Positions 30,334-41,122 are shown, numbered from the stretch's first letter. The stretch is 64,000 bases of DNA from Spirochaetales bacterium (GCA_021736255.1 JAIPGG010000001.1:11506-75505), one strand, 5' to 3'. The notes: a model not told the origin generated them from the letters alone. A program made the numbers and translations.

Positions 30334-31956
30334 ATGGAAGCGTTTTTCGGGGTTGATATCGGGACTTACAGTTCAAAGGGAGTACTCGTAGACAGAGCAG
30401 GCACCATACAGGCTGAGTGCAGGCGGAGTCACGGACTCTCGGTGCCCAGGGCCGGATGGGCAGAACACGATGCAGATTCACTGTGGTGGGCTGATTTTTG
30501 TTCTCTTACAATCGAACTTTCACAGAAAGCCGACAGTCTTGGGTTGCAGCCTGCCGGGATCGGAATCAGTGCCATCGCTCCATGTGTCCTGCCGGTTGAC
30601 GAGCAAGGAAGGCCTCTGCGCCGGGGAATTCTCTACGGTATCGATACCCGGGCTTCTGAACAGATCAAGGCCATGGAAGCGGAACTCGGCAGTGAGCAGA
30701 TACGGAGGATCGCCGGATCCGGATTGGATTCTCAGTCTGCCGGTCCGAAGATACGCTGGGTCCGGGAGAACGAACCGGAGATCGCAGCGCAAACCAGGTA
30801 CTGGCTGACGTCGACAAGCTATCTCGTCTACCGGCTGACTGGACGGGCGGTGATCGACCGGTACACCGCTTCCTTTTTTCGGCCGCTTTACAATCTCGCG
30901 AAGGGCCGGTGGAGCGTCGAGGCGGCCGCATCCGTATGTCCGGTAGAACAGCTTCCCGAGCTCACGTGGACGACCGAGACCGCAGGAACCATCGGGCGGG
31001 AAGCCTCAAAAGCCTGTGGTTTGCCGGAGGGCCTGCCCGTTATCGCCGGTACGGCGGATGCGGCCGCAGAAGCAGTGAGTGCCGGGGTGCTCGAGCCGGG
31101 AGATTCGATGATCATGTTCGGATCGAGCCTGTTTATAATAACCTTGCACGATACACTGCAGCGTTCGAGTATTTTCTGGCCTGCGGTTTCTCTGTTTCCC
31201 GGAACCTGGGCTCTTACCGGGGGGATGGCCACCAGTGGTGCGGTAACTCAATGGATGAAAGACAACATCTTTGCGGGTATCGGCGGCTTCGATTCTGAAG
31301 CAGAGGCCGGAGCAGAACCCCGTTTTTCAGAACTGACGCGAAAGGCAGGAGAGGTACCTCCGGGAGCCGAGGGGCTGCTTATGCTTCCGTATATGAGCGG
31401 CGAACGGACTCCTGTTGATGATCCTCTGGCCCGGGGCGTATTGGCCGGTCTCAGTTTGCGGCACGGGCAGGCGCATCTATACCGGGCTGCGCTCGAGGCC
31501 GTGGGGTACGGCATACGCCACAACCTGGAAGAAATGGCCGGAGAGAGACGAATGGCCGGAGAGAAACTGAAGAAAAAAAACAACGGCGCTGAAGAAACTG
31601 CCGGCAGCCTGCAGAAAGCTGATCCTGGGGATGCCGGCGCCCTGGCGGTGGTCGGCGGAGGGGCGAAGAGCCCTGTCTGGATGCAGCTGGTAGCCGACAT
31701 TACCGGGAGAAGCCTTTCGGTGTTCCAAAGCGGCGGTGCCGCCTATGGCGACGCCATCCTGGCTGCCTACGGAACCGGGGTGTTTCCGAGTAGAAAGGCC
31801 GCGGCAGACTGGAAGCCCTCCCGGCATGGCTACCACCCGAATCCGGAGAATCGAAATCTGTATGACCGGTACTACCGCCGGTATCGAGAACTGTACGGGG
31901 CAACCGCCTCAATTGTTCATGAACTGGCCGGCGAGACGGAGACCCCTAAAGAATAA
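30334..31956 (+). CDS. FGGY-family carbohydrate kinase (xylulokinase-like)
   Basis: GVDIGTYSSKG, ILYGIDTRA, GTADAAAEA, LPYMSGERTP, GGGAKS. AAGGAG SD before ATG 30334. Confidence 0.92.
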   Translation: MEAFFGVDIGTYSSKGVLVDRAGTIQAECRRSHGLSVPRAGWAEHDADSLWWADFCSLTIELSQKADSLGLQPAGIGISAIAPCVLPVDEQGRPLRRGILYGIDTRASEQIKAMEAELGSEQIRRIAGSGLDSQSAGPKIRWVRENEPEIAAQTRYWLTSTSYLVYRLTGRAVIDRYTASFFRPLYNLAKGRWSVEAAASVCPVEQLPELTWTTETAGTIGREASKACGLPEGLPVIAGTADAAAEAVSAGVLEPGDSMIMFGSSLFIITLHDTLQRSSIFWPAVSLFPGTWALTGGMATSGAVTQWMKDNIFAGIGGFDSEAEAGAEPRFSELTRKAGEVPPGAEGLLMLPYMSGERTPVDDPLARGVLAGLSLRHGQAHLYRAALEAVGYGIRHNLEEMAGERRMAGEKLKKKNNGAEETAGSLQKADPGDAGALAVVGGGAKSPVWMQLVADITGRSLSVFQSGGAAYGDAILAAYGTGVFPSRKAAADWKPSRHGYHPNPENRNLYDRYYRRYRELYGATASIVHELAGETETPKE

Positions 31957-32002
31957 GGCGAGTAATGGAAAATGAACCGGAGAAAATGAAAGGAGAACAC
32001 TG

Positions 32003-33094
32003 ATGATTGATTCAATAGATCCGAGGTGGACAGATCTTGCAGATATTCTTGTAGAGTATTCTACCGGAGTAAAGGAAGGAGATTCTGTGCTGATACTCAT
32101 GCGGGAACTGCACACCTACCATCTTGCACGGGCGGTTGCTGGCGCTGCAGCGGTAAAAGGGGCCAGAGCTCAGGTGCTGTTTACTTCGGCAGAGCTCGAA
32201 GGGGACCTCATGCGGTTCGGTACCATGGAGATGATACACCGGGGCTCCGGAGCGGCTGAGGCGGCTATGAAGTGGGCAGATGTCTGTGTCGACCTTAGAG
32301 GTGCACACAATCTTGCTGCGTATTCCGGCATTTCACCCGAGCGGATGACCGGGCACCGGAAGGCGGAGGGCCGGCTCTCCGCCCTGCGAACTTCAACGAC
32401 TCGCTGGGTGATTGTCCGGGTTCCCTCTCCTGAGTTTGCCCAGCAGGCCGGGAAGTCTTTTGATGCGGTGATGGGGGAGTTTTTTACATCTGTTCTTCTG
32501 GATTGGGAATACGAATCGGAGAAATATCATCAATTGGCAAAGGTTCTGGAGGGGGCAAAGGAAATACGAATTGAAACACCCGACACGAAGCTTGTTATGT
32601 CTACCGAAGGCAGAACCTACCTCGTTGAAGACGGACACATTAATATGCCCGGTGGAGAGGTGATGTCCTCGCCGGTAGAGGATAGTGTAAATGGAATCAT
32701 TGCCTTCGAAGAGCCGGCGGTCTATTGGGGAGAACTGGTATATGGGTTGAAACTCGAATTCCGGAATGGACGGGTTGTTGATTTCGAAGCCCGGACGAAT
32801 CAGGATCTCATGTACAGACTTCTTGATATGGATGAGGGAGCCCGTGGAGTCGGCGAATTTGCCTTTGGCGTGAATCGGCGGATAACCGGTTTTGCGAAAG
32901 ATATTCTTCTGGATGAGAAGATATTCGGAACGGTACACATAGCTCTCGGAAGATCATACGCCGAATGCGGGGGAAAGAACCAATCCGCTCTACACTGGGA
33001 TATTATTAAAGACATTCGCCGAGGCGGGAAGGTGCTTGTCGACGGAATTGTGGTGCTTGAAGACGGACGCTATCCAGCGCTTGATTTGGCATGA
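32003..33094 (+). CDS. M29 aminopeptidase (AmpS/AmpT-like)
   Basis: NMPGGEV, GEFAFG, LLDEKIFGTVHIALG, NQSALHWD. Confidence 0.9.
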   Translation: MIDSIDPRWTDLADILVEYSTGVKEGDSVLILMRELHTYHLARAVAGAAAVKGARAQVLFTSAELEGDLMRFGTMEMIHRGSGAAEAAMKWADVCVDLRGAHNLAAYSGISPERMTGHRKAEGRLSALRTSTTRWVIVRVPSPEFAQQAGKSFDAVMGEFFTSVLLDWEYESEKYHQLAKVLEGAKEIRIETPDTKLVMSTEGRTYLVEDGHINMPGGEVMSSPVEDSVNGIIAFEEPAVYWGELVYGLKLEFRNGRVVDFEARTNQDLMYRLLDMDEGARGVGEFAFGVNRRITGFAKDILLDEKIFGTVHIALGRSYAECGGKNQSALHWDIIKDIRRGGKVLVDGIVVLEDGRYPALDLA

Positions 33095-33235
33095 GCGGGA
33101 TGCATGCATGATTCCGGCGGAAAACAAGTAGTGTATAGTAACCCTGCAGGCAAGCATTTTGCCTCGTATTACGCAGTCAACCCGATGGCATTTTTCTCCC
33201 GCCGGTGATCGGAGTATGAAGCCGGTATCCGAAGC

Positions 33236-34045
33236 TTATGTTCTGATTTGATTTACCTTATCCATGAGTTTCTTTACTCGCGCAACCTCCACCTGGTTCC
33301 AGGTAACCCCGTCCTTTTTTAGACTGGTTCCTACAACAGCCCCGTCGGCTGCCGAAAGGAGGTCGTCGGCGGTCTCTACCTTTAACCCCGTGTTGATAAA
33401 TACCGGTATGGATACCCCCCGCTTCACCTCTTCGACGTTCTTGCCGGTAGGCGCTTGACCGGTTAACGGACCGGATACCAGAATGGCATCTGCAAGAGAA
33501 GAAAATTCGACGCTCTTCGCAATTATATCGAGAGGTCTGTTGTCGAGTCTGGATGCGAATTCGGCAAAGATGTTGAAAAAGACCGCAACATGATCCGCAT
33601 TGATCTGTTTTCGATAGCGATACACTTCCCCGACCTGTGTATTCCAGAAACCCATGTCTGAAATGTAGGCCCCGCTTACGATTTCCCGAATGAATTGAGC
33701 TCCGGTCGCTTTTGCCAGCGCCAGTGCCGCTTTTGCATCCCAGAGTACATCTACTCCATACGGAACGGTAATCTGATCCCGGACGGCATTGATCGCCCCG
33801 CTCATTGCTGCAACCGCCATGAAATCGGCATTGAATGTATACGGCCTGTCGTTTTCGTTGCAGAACATTACCGCATCGATTCCGCCCTCCTGTAATGCGA
33901 GAAGATCCTCACGGATTATTCGATAGATGTCCTCGAGGGTTTGCTTTGATTCATCGTATAAAGGTGTCCCCGGCAAAGGGGGAAAGTGAACCATTCCAAT
34001 AATGATTTTGCTCTTTTTACCGAAAATTTTCGTCAAATCGATCAT
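33236..34045 (-). CDS. BtpA/SgcQ family TIM-barrel protein
   Basis: IIGMVHFPPLPGTP, GIDAVMFCNENDRPY, ADAILVSG, NTG, DGAVVGTSLKKDG. Confidence 0.92.
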   Translation of the reverse strand: MIDLTKIFGKKSKIIIGMVHFPPLPGTPLYDESKQTLEDIYRIIREDLLALQEGGIDAVMFCNENDRPYTFNADFMAVAAMSGAINAVRDQITVPYGVDVLWDAKAALALAKATGAQFIREIVSGAYISDMGFWNTQVGEVYRYRKQINADHVAVFFNIFAEFASRLDNRPLDIIAKSVEFSSLADAILVSGPLTGQAPTGKNVEEVKRGVSIPVFINTGLKVETADDLLSAADGAVVGTSLKKDGVTWNQVEVARVKKLMDKVNQIRT

Positions 34046-34100
34046 AATTTGCTCCTTTTACCCGGTAATTGCGGGATATCTTAATCATTGTACCACAAAT

Positions 34101-34175
34101 ATGCGCAAGTCAAGCATGAAATGTGCAAAATCTGAACACTTTTTGCTGTACTTGTGCGCAAGTCCGTGCTAAGAT
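34101..34175. promoter_or_regulatory. Divergent btpA/deoR control region with repeated RTGYGCAA boxes
   Basis: ATGCGCAAGT (34101), ATGTGCAAAA (34121), GTGCGCAAGT (34154). Extended -10 TGCTAAGAT lies 7 nt before the deoR ATG. Confidence 0.5.
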
Positions 34176-34182
34176 TTTATTC

Positions 34183-34998
34183 ATGAGCGATCCGAATCCA
34201 CAGGCCCAGGGAGCTACGGCCTTTATCCGCAACCGGGACAGGCTGGACCAGATCTACCGGGTAGTACGGGAAGAGGGGAATGCCTCGGTCAGCTTTCTGG
34301 CGCACCACTGCAAGGTCTCGGAATCCACCATCCGAAGAGACATAAACAATATGCTGGCAATGGATTCATACCCCAATCTCGAACGGGTTCACGGGGGAGT
34401 AGTAATATCTCGCCGGGAGGAGGATGCCTCCCTTATGTTCGATCTCAAATTCGACCTTGCCCGGCCGGAGAAAGAAGCAATTGCTGCGGAGGTGGTTCTC
34501 AAGCTCCATGACGGAGAAAGCATTGCCCTCGATACCGGCACTACGTGTCTGCTGATTGCTCGAAGGCTCGAACAGCTTTCCGGGCTGAAGGTTATCGCCA
34601 CCGATGTAAAGGTTGCAGAGCAGCTCGGTCAGTTTCCCGACATAGAGACGGTTGTTGCCGGCGGATTGATACGTCCGGCATATTTCGGCGTCGGCGGAGC
34701 CGCCAGCATCGAGTTCCTCGATCAGTTTCGGGTCGATACGGCGATTATCGCTGCGGATTCGGTGGACCCTGAAGATGGAATCACCAACCGCTCGCTCTTC
34801 GAGGTCGGAGTCAAACGCAAACTCATGGAAATTGCCAGGCGCGTCATATTAGTAGCTGATTCTTCAAAAATCGGTAAACGTTCGCTCTATCGGGTTTCAG
34901 ACTTTCATGGCATCGAACGTCTTATCACCGACCGCGGCCTTTCTGATGAATATGTAGTCGCATTTCGTGAACGAGGATTACAGGTCGATCTCGTCTGA
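34183..34998 (+). CDS. DeoR/GlpR family transcriptional regulator
   Basis: VSESTIRRD, RVHGG, EKEAIA, IALDTGTT, LVADSSK. Confidence 0.92.
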   Translation: MSDPNPQAQGATAFIRNRDRLDQIYRVVREEGNASVSFLAHHCKVSESTIRRDINNMLAMDSYPNLERVHGGVVISRREEDASLMFDLKFDLARPEKEAIAAEVVLKLHDGESIALDTGTTCLLIARRLEQLSGLKVIATDVKVAEQLGQFPDIETVVAGGLIRPAYFGVGGAASIEFLDQFRVDTAIIAADSVDPEDGITNRSLFEVGVKRKLMEIARRVILVADSSKIGKRSLYRVSDFHGIERLITDRGLSDEYVVAFRERGLQVDLV

Positions 34999-35164
34999 GT
35001 TGTGTTGACACGGGATGCGGCCAGGATTGAATACAAAGGGTTTTTGTTATAAACGGTCCGGACCGGAATCGGAGATCCTTTCAAATGATTAGGTGATCCG
35101 TTTTTCAGCTCGGCCCGAAAACCCCGACACGTTGTGTCGGTGAAACTGCACAAGATGGAGGTGC

Positions 35165-36220
35165 ATGATGAAAAAAGGACTACTAATTCTTTTCATGGTG
35201 CTTGCTGTATCCGCTTTGGTGTTTGCGGGCGGACAACAGGAAGGAGAAAAAGCCGCCGAAGAATCAGGCGAAGAACAATTCGAGATCGCCATGGTTGTAA
35301 AGCTGGAAGGAGTTGCCTGGTTCGACAACATGAGGCTCGGCATACAGGATTTCAACAGTGATTTCGATGATGTAAATGCCTATCAGATCGGCGCGGATAC
35401 GGCGGACCCTGCTGCTCAGGTGGCTTTGGTAGAGGACCTGATCGCGAAGGGTGTTGATGCTATACTGGTTGTTCCGAATGATCCGGAATCACTTGTACCG
35501 GCGTTCAAAAAAGCGAACAATGCAGGAATTCTCACGTTTACTCATGAAGCTTCCGTACAGCGGCAGGTCAGCTATGATGTCGAGGCTTTCGACAACACTG
35601 CATACGGCCGCCACATGATGGATGTTATGGCTGATTGGATGGATGAAGAAGGGGTATGGCAGCCCTTTGTCGGGCACTTGACTTCGACGACCCACAATGA
35701 ATGGGTTGATGGAGAAATTGCTCAGGCACAGGAAAAGTATCCCAATCTAAAACAGGCAACCAACCGGATCGAAGAGAAGGAAAACCAGCAGATCGCTTAT
35801 GAAAAGGCTCTCGAACTTCTCAAGACCTATCCTGATATAGAAGCAATGATGGGAAGTGCAATGAGCACCGTACCCGGCGTTGCACAGGCGATCGAGGAAA
35901 AGGGGCGGATCGGTAAAGTTGCTGCGTTCGGTACGTGTCTGCCATCGGTAGCAGGCGATTATCTGGAAAGCGGAGCGGCAAAGTCGATTCACTTCTGGGT
36001 ACCGGCAGACGCCGGCTATGTCACTGCTCATGCGGCATATCTCTCCCTCAAGGGTGAAGAAATCAAGGAAGGCATGGATCTCGGAAAACCCGGTTATGAA
36101 AGCATCACCATACAGAAGAACGACTCCGGAGTACCTGTTATTTATGGACAGGCCTGGGTAGACGTTAATAAAGACAACCTCGATGAATGGAAAGATGCCG
36201 ACGGCAATTACAAGCTCTAA
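35165..36220 (+). CDS. Sugar ABC transporter (CUT2) substrate-binding protein, LsrB/RhaS-like
   Basis: Signal peptide ...VFAGGQQE, MVVKLEGVAWF, QVALVEDLIAKGVDAILVVP, FWVPADAGY. Confidence 0.9.
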   Translation: MMKKGLLILFMVLAVSALVFAGGQQEGEKAAEESGEEQFEIAMVVKLEGVAWFDNMRLGIQDFNSDFDDVNAYQIGADTADPAAQVALVEDLIAKGVDAILVVPNDPESLVPAFKKANNAGILTFTHEASVQRQVSYDVEAFDNTAYGRHMMDVMADWMDEEGVWQPFVGHLTSTTHNEWVDGEIAQAQEKYPNLKQATNRIEEKENQQIAYEKALELLKTYPDIEAMMGSAMSTVPGVAQAIEEKGRIGKVAAFGTCLPSVAGDYLESGAAKSIHFWVPADAGYVTAHAAYLSLKGEEIKEGMDLGKPGYESITIQKNDSGVPVIYGQAWVDVNKDNLDEWKDADGNYKL

Positions 36221-36240
36221 ACCAATACCGGCATATTTAC

Positions 36241-36275
36241 GGCAGTCTCGTCATAACGGCGGGGCTGCCTTTCTT
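36241..36275 (+). terminator. Stem-loop after the SBP gene (partial terminator or mRNA stabiliser)
   Basis: GGCAGTCTCGTC-ATAAC-GGCGGGGCTGCC followed by TTTCTT. Confidence 0.55.
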
Positions 36276-36295
36276 GTCCGGGGAGAAGGGAAATT

Positions 36296-37813
36296 ATGAG
36301 TGAAGCCATATTAGATGTGCGTAATATCACAAAAACCTTCGCCGGGGTAACGGCCCTTAAAAATGTGGATCTAAAGATTGATGTCGGAGCAATTCATTGT
36401 CTCGTGGGAGAGAACGGTTCCGGAAAGTCCACCCTTATTAAGATTATTGGTGGAGTTCTTCAACCGGATTCAGGTTCGGTCACTATTAACGGGGTTGCAT
36501 ATGATAGTCAAAACCTCCGTGCAATCGAGGCTATTCGGGGCGGTATACAGATCATCTATCAGGATCTTGCCCTTTTTCCGAACTTATCGGTGGTGGAAAA
36601 TATCTCGATGAACCAGATGGTCGAGGCCAACGATAAATTGATCAAGTGGAAAGAGGCTTATGAGATCGCTGGACAAGCTCTGAGTCGAATTGAAGAAGAG
36701 ATCGATCTGAACGAGAAGGTCGAAAATCTTTCGATGGCTAAACAGCAGATTGTAGCGATAACCCGTGCTCTTACACAGAATGCACGGCTCGTGATTATGG
36801 ACGAGCCCACTTCTGCAATTACGCGGGAGGATGTAGACCATCTGTTTCGGGTAATACTTCGATTGAAGAAAATGGGCATTGCTACACTCTTTGTCAGCCA
36901 TAAGTTGAGCGAGGTGTTCGAGATTGCGGAAGAGGTTACCGTTATTCGGGACGGAAATAAAGTAGGGGATTATCCAGCTGGAGAATTGGACAACGACAAA
37001 CTTACCAATCTCATGACCGGTCGTATGATCGAATACAAGCCTTACTTCTATCAGGATACGGAACCGGAAAAGCCGAATCTCCTCGAGGTACGTAACCTGC
37101 AAAAGAGTGGTCAGTATGAAAAAATTTCCTTTACCCTGCGCAGAGGAGAGATACTGGGGATCACGGGCTTGATTGGCTCGGGGCGGACTGAAACGGCACT
37201 CTCCCTTTTCGGGATAAACCCTCCCGATGAAGGGGAAATTATAATCGACGGGAAACCGGTTGTAATTCATTCAACACATGATGCGATCCGCCACGGAATC
37301 GGCTATCTTCCGGAAGACCGGCTGAATCAAGGGCTTTTTCAGGAGCATCCGATCACCGACAACATAGTTGTTACGGTGCTGAAGAGGCTTTTGGACAAGA
37401 GGGGACTCATAAACTCTGAGAAACGGAAAACTGAAGGGAACCGTTGGATCAAAGAGCTCAGCATCAAAACCCCTTCCGGGGAGAATCCTGCCAACAGTCT
37501 TTCCGGGGGGAATCAACAACGTGTAGTATTGGCAAAATGGCTCGCCACGAACCCGAAAATATTCATTCTCGACGGACCGACAATAGGAATCGACATCGGA
37601 TCGAAGAGTACAATTCACGATATAATCCGTCGGCTTGCCGGAGAAGGGATGGGAATCATTATGATATCGGATGAGATCCAGGAGGTGCTTCAGAACTGCA
37701 ACCGGGTTCTGGTCATGTACAAAGGAAGACTCGTTCGAGAGATTCCCAATGCCGCCGAAGCGGATGAAGATGACGTGTTTGCAGCTGTCAGCGGAACCAG
37801 CGGGGGTGTGTGA
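36296..37813 (+). CDS. Sugar ABC transporter ATP-binding protein (two NBDs)
   Basis: GENGSGKST, MDEPT, SHKL, LSGGNQQ, GPTIGID. Confidence 0.95.
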   Translation: MSEAILDVRNITKTFAGVTALKNVDLKIDVGAIHCLVGENGSGKSTLIKIIGGVLQPDSGSVTINGVAYDSQNLRAIEAIRGGIQIIYQDLALFPNLSVVENISMNQMVEANDKLIKWKEAYEIAGQALSRIEEEIDLNEKVENLSMAKQQIVAITRALTQNARLVIMDEPTSAITREDVDHLFRVILRLKKMGIATLFVSHKLSEVFEIAEEVTVIRDGNKVGDYPAGELDNDKLTNLMTGRMIEYKPYFYQDTEPEKPNLLEVRNLQKSGQYEKISFTLRRGEILGITGLIGSGRTETALSLFGINPPDEGEIIIDGKPVVIHSTHDAIRHGIGYLPEDRLNQGLFQEHPITDNIVVTVLKRLLDKRGLINSEKRKTEGNRWIKELSIKTPSGENPANSLSGGNQQRVVLAKWLATNPKIFILDGPTIGIDIGSKSTIHDIIRRLAGEGMGIIMISDEIQEVLQNCNRVLVMYKGRLVREIPNAAEADEDDVFAAVSGTSGGV

Positions 37814-38826
37814 TTATGCTGAAAAACCTTTTCAAATCAACCGAGTCCTATCTGCTGATCGTTCTTTTGGCCTTTATTGTAGTGGTCGGTTTTATAAACC
37901 CGAAATTCTTCACCATAGAGAACCTGTTTGACCTGCTCAGAAGCAGTTCAGGTATGGCAATACTGGCGATGGGGTTCTTTATCGTTCTTTTGTCCGGCGG
38001 GATCGATGTTTCGTTTACCGCCATTGCTATTAGCGCTCAGTACATTGCCGTGAATTCTCTCATCGCATCGGGGGTGGACAACCTGGCGGTTGCTTTTCTC
38101 ATTGCCGTGGGTGTGGGGATTGCCGCAGGTGCAATCAATGCTGTGTTTATCGGCCTGTTCAACGTGCCCACCCTTATCACCACGCTGGGAACAATGAGCC
38201 TGTTTCATGGAGCGCTCTTGGAGTTCATGGGAACGAAAGCGGTAAACACCGGCGGGCTTCCGGAATGTTTTAAGACCTTCGGGCATTTCGACATTCTGAA
38301 TCTTACCCGGGCTGACGGTACTGAATACGGGCTCTCTGTTTTCTTCCTCATACTCGTAATCGTTGTGGTGGTTACCTGGTTCATTCTCAAATATACGCAA
38401 ATCGGCCGCGGTGTATATGCAATCGGAGGTAACAAGGAAGCAGCAAAACGGGCCGGCTTCAATATTCCCAAGATCCAGTTCTTCATATACATGTATGTTG
38501 GTTTACTGGCCGGCATTATGGGAATTATGCATGTTTCTCTGATTCGCTACAGCAATCCCAATTATATTGTGGGTAGTGAACTCGGGGTAATTGCAGCGGT
38601 TGTAATCGGGGGAACGCGAATTACCGGCGGCCGCGGGACTATTCTCGGCACCCTGGTGGGAGTAGGACTCATTGTGGTTCTCGAAAAAAACCTGGTGCTC
38701 ATCGGATTATCCTCGTACTGGCATCAGTTTTTTATCGGGCTGATTATCATCATCGGTGTCAGTATAACGTATCTGCAAAACAAGATTCGCAGTAAAAAGA
38801 ACTTGATCTTTGTTCGGGATACCTGA
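37810..38826 (+). CDS. Sugar ABC transporter permease
   Basis: GGIDVS, LITTLG, YAIGGNKEAA, GGRGT. Confidence 0.93.
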   Translation: MIMLKNLFKSTESYLLIVLLAFIVVVGFINPKFFTIENLFDLLRSSSGMAILAMGFFIVLLSGGIDVSFTAIAISAQYIAVNSLIASGVDNLAVAFLIAVGVGIAAGAINAVFIGLFNVPTLITTLGTMSLFHGALLEFMGTKAVNTGGLPECFKTFGHFDILNLTRADGTEYGLSVFFLILVIVVVVTWFILKYTQIGRGVYAIGGNKEAAKRAGFNIPKIQFFIYMYVGLLAGIMGIMHVSLIRYSNPNYIVGSELGVIAAVVIGGTRITGGRGTILGTLVGVGLIVVLEKNLVLIGLSSYWHQFFIGLIIIIGVSITYLQNKIRSKKNLIFVRDT

Positions 38827-38854
38827 TCATGAATGTAGGAACGGGAGTTAGCGT

Positions 38855-39886
38855 ATGAAGCTTACAATCAAGAATATGCAGAACTTTGTCCTGTTTGTTA
38901 TCCTCTTAGCTGTGGTTGCCGTTATTTCGATTTCCCTGCCGGATAAGTTCTTGACTGCAATCAATTTTCAATCCATGACCAGCCAATTTCCCGAATTCGG
39001 TTTGATGGCCCTTGCTATGATGATGGCAATGATAACCGGCGGTATCGATCTCTCGGTGGTTTCCGTCGCAAACCTATCGGGAGTAATGGCCGCTCTGGTG
39101 TTGACCTCTCAGTTAGGCGCAGACGGCGGAATTTCCGCTACTATGTTGATTGTTTTGGCGATTATTGTAGCACTTGTTACCTCGGTTGTGGCAGGAGCGA
39201 TTAATGGATTAATTATTACATTAGCCGGAGTGCCGGCTATCTTGGCAACCTTAGGAACTCAGGGTCTCTTTTTGGGCATAGCAATCGTAATCACCGAAGG
39301 GCACAGCATCAGCGGTTTCCCACCGGAGTATCTCTTTGTCGGAATGGGGCAAATATTGGGATTGCCTATGCCGTTGGTCATCTTTTTGATCACGATAGCG
39401 TTGCTGCTGGTAATTATGAAGAAAACCCGTCAGGGGTTTAATATGTACGTGGTAGGCGCTAATCCTATTGTTTCACGGTTTTCGGGAGTGAACAATACGA
39501 GAGCCCTGATTCAGACATACATGTTGACCGGTCTTATGGCGGGTATTGCCTCGATAATCATAATCTCCAGGGTTAATTCTATGCGTCCCGGCTACGGTTC
39601 CGCCTATCTGCTGCAGGCAGTTTTGGTAACCGTTATGGGGGGCACCGATCCCCGGGGCGGATTTGGTAATGTTTTCGGTGTGGTTATGGCGGTTGTAATC
39701 CTGCAGGTTATTCAAAGTGGATTGAATATTATGTCGTTCAGTCCATTTTTCAAAAACTTTACCTGGGGCTTTATGCTGCTGCTGATTATGGTAATAAACT
39801 TCTATTTGAATAGATATCAGCAAGGAAGGCGAATAGCAGAAACAAAGAAGCGGGTAGCGGCGGAAGCGTCTGGCAATTCACCCTAA
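38855..39886 (+). CDS. Sugar ABC transporter permease
   Basis: GGIDLS, ILATLG, VGAN...SRFSG, GGFG. Confidence 0.93.
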   Translation: MKLTIKNMQNFVLFVILLAVVAVISISLPDKFLTAINFQSMTSQFPEFGLMALAMMMAMITGGIDLSVVSVANLSGVMAALVLTSQLGADGGISATMLIVLAIIVALVTSVVAGAINGLIITLAGVPAILATLGTQGLFLGIAIVITEGHSISGFPPEYLFVGMGQILGLPMPLVIFLITIALLLVIMKKTRQGFNMYVVGANPIVSRFSGVNNTRALIQTYMLTGLMAGIASIIIISRVNSMRPGYGSAYLLQAVLVTVMGGTDPRGGFGNVFGVVMAVVILQVIQSGLNIMSFSPFFKNFTWGFMLLLIMVINFYLNRYQQGRRIAETKKRVAAEASGNSP

Positions 39887-39985
39887 AGGAAAGCTAGAGT
39901 AAGGCGGCGCTGAGTCTGTCTCATGTATCGCAGGACCGGAAAGAAGGCGGGCTGGTATATTTCAAAGCTTAACAGACAGCAGCCC

Positions 39986-40016
39986 GCACAAATTGTACTG
40001 TCCTGACAAATTGTGC
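39986..40016. promoter_or_regulatory. Inverted repeat upstream of the E1alpha gene, possible operator
   Basis: GCACAAATTGT-N9-ACAAATTGTGC (one mismatch between arms). Confidence 0.4.
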
Positions 40017-40100
40017 CGCTCAAATAGACAGTGCCGCCAATACCGATAGAATAGGAAGGAGAAAACGAGCACAAAGATTTATCAACGGGGAGAAGTGGAT

Positions 40101-41102
40101 ATGGGAAAGAATGATATTGACTCGCGAACCAAGCGTTCCTTGCTGAGGACGATGGTTCGAATACGGGAGTTTGAAGACAGCGTCGGAGAAATGCACCTCC
40201 GCGGTTTAACGGCGGGGTCAATGCTTCACTTGTCGGTAGGAGAAGAAGCGATTGCAGCCGGAATCGGTTTGGCAATGCAGGAAGGTGATGTTTTTACGAC
40301 TCATCATAGAGGGCACGGGATTTTCATCGCGAGAGGCGGTGAAATGAACAGGATGATGGCCGAAATTTTCGGAAAATCAGATGGATATTGCCGCGGGAAA
40401 GGCGGTTCGATGCACATTGCAGATGTTCATTACGGGCATTTGGGGGCAAACGCTATAGTAGGTGGAAATATTGCCATAGCGATGGGTGGCGGTTTTACTC
40501 AGAACTATCGGAAAACCTCCAATGTAAGCGTCGCCTTTTTCGGCGACGGTGCCTTGAATCAAGGTGTCCTGTACGAATCGATGAACATGGCTGCTCTCTG
40601 GGATTTGCCGGTGATGTTCGCTGTTGTTAACAATCAGTACGGGATGGGAACCCGAATCGACAGAGCCTCCGCCAGTCAGGAATTCGTCAAGCGCGGTGAG
40701 AGCTTTGGGCTGCGCTCCTTGCAGGTGGACGGAATGGATGTGGAAGCGGTCTATCAGGGGGCGAATCGGCTTTTTGAACACAGCAGGTCCGGAAAAGGGC
40801 CGACGTTTTTTATATGTGATGCATACAGGTTTTACGGTCATGGACGAAAAGATCCTAGCCCCTATCGGGAAAAGAACGAAGAGAAAAAATGGTGGGACCG
40901 CGATCCGATTCCCGCCTATAAAGATACATTGATCTCAGCTGATCTGATTTCAGATGCTGATTATCAGGAAGATCTTGATGCTGCCAAAGCCGAGGTTGCT
41001 GATGCTGTTGAGTTTGCCAAGAATTCGCAGGTGCCGGAGGAAAACGACTTGTACACCTATGTCTATGTTGATCCGATTGATGCTTCCGGGACTATCGGCT
41101 GA
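40101..41102 (+). CDS. TPP-dependent dehydrogenase E1 alpha (acetoin/2-oxoacid dehydrogenase family)
   Basis: HLSVGEEA, HRGHG, GKGGSMH, FFGDGA...NN, YRFYGH. Confidence 0.92.
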   Translation: MGKNDIDSRTKRSLLRTMVRIREFEDSVGEMHLRGLTAGSMLHLSVGEEAIAAGIGLAMQEGDVFTTHHRGHGIFIARGGEMNRMMAEIFGKSDGYCRGKGGSMHIADVHYGHLGANAIVGGNIAIAMGGGFTQNYRKTSNVSVAFFGDGALNQGVLYESMNMAALWDLPVMFAVVNNQYGMGTRIDRASASQEFVKRGESFGLRSLQVDGMDVEAVYQGANRLFEHSRSGKGPTFFICDAYRFYGHGRKDPSPYREKNEEKKWWDRDPIPAYKDTLISADLISDADYQEDLDAAKAEVADAVEFAKNSQVPEENDLYTYVYVDPIDASGTIG

Positions 41103-41122
41103 AGCGGGGAAGGAGAGCGCAT

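Noticed and set aside
35165..39886. Canonical Lsr AI-2 uptake system
   Set aside because: No LsrF, LsrG or SorC-type LsrR, and the SBP lacks the acidic AI-2-binding residues I recall for LsrB.
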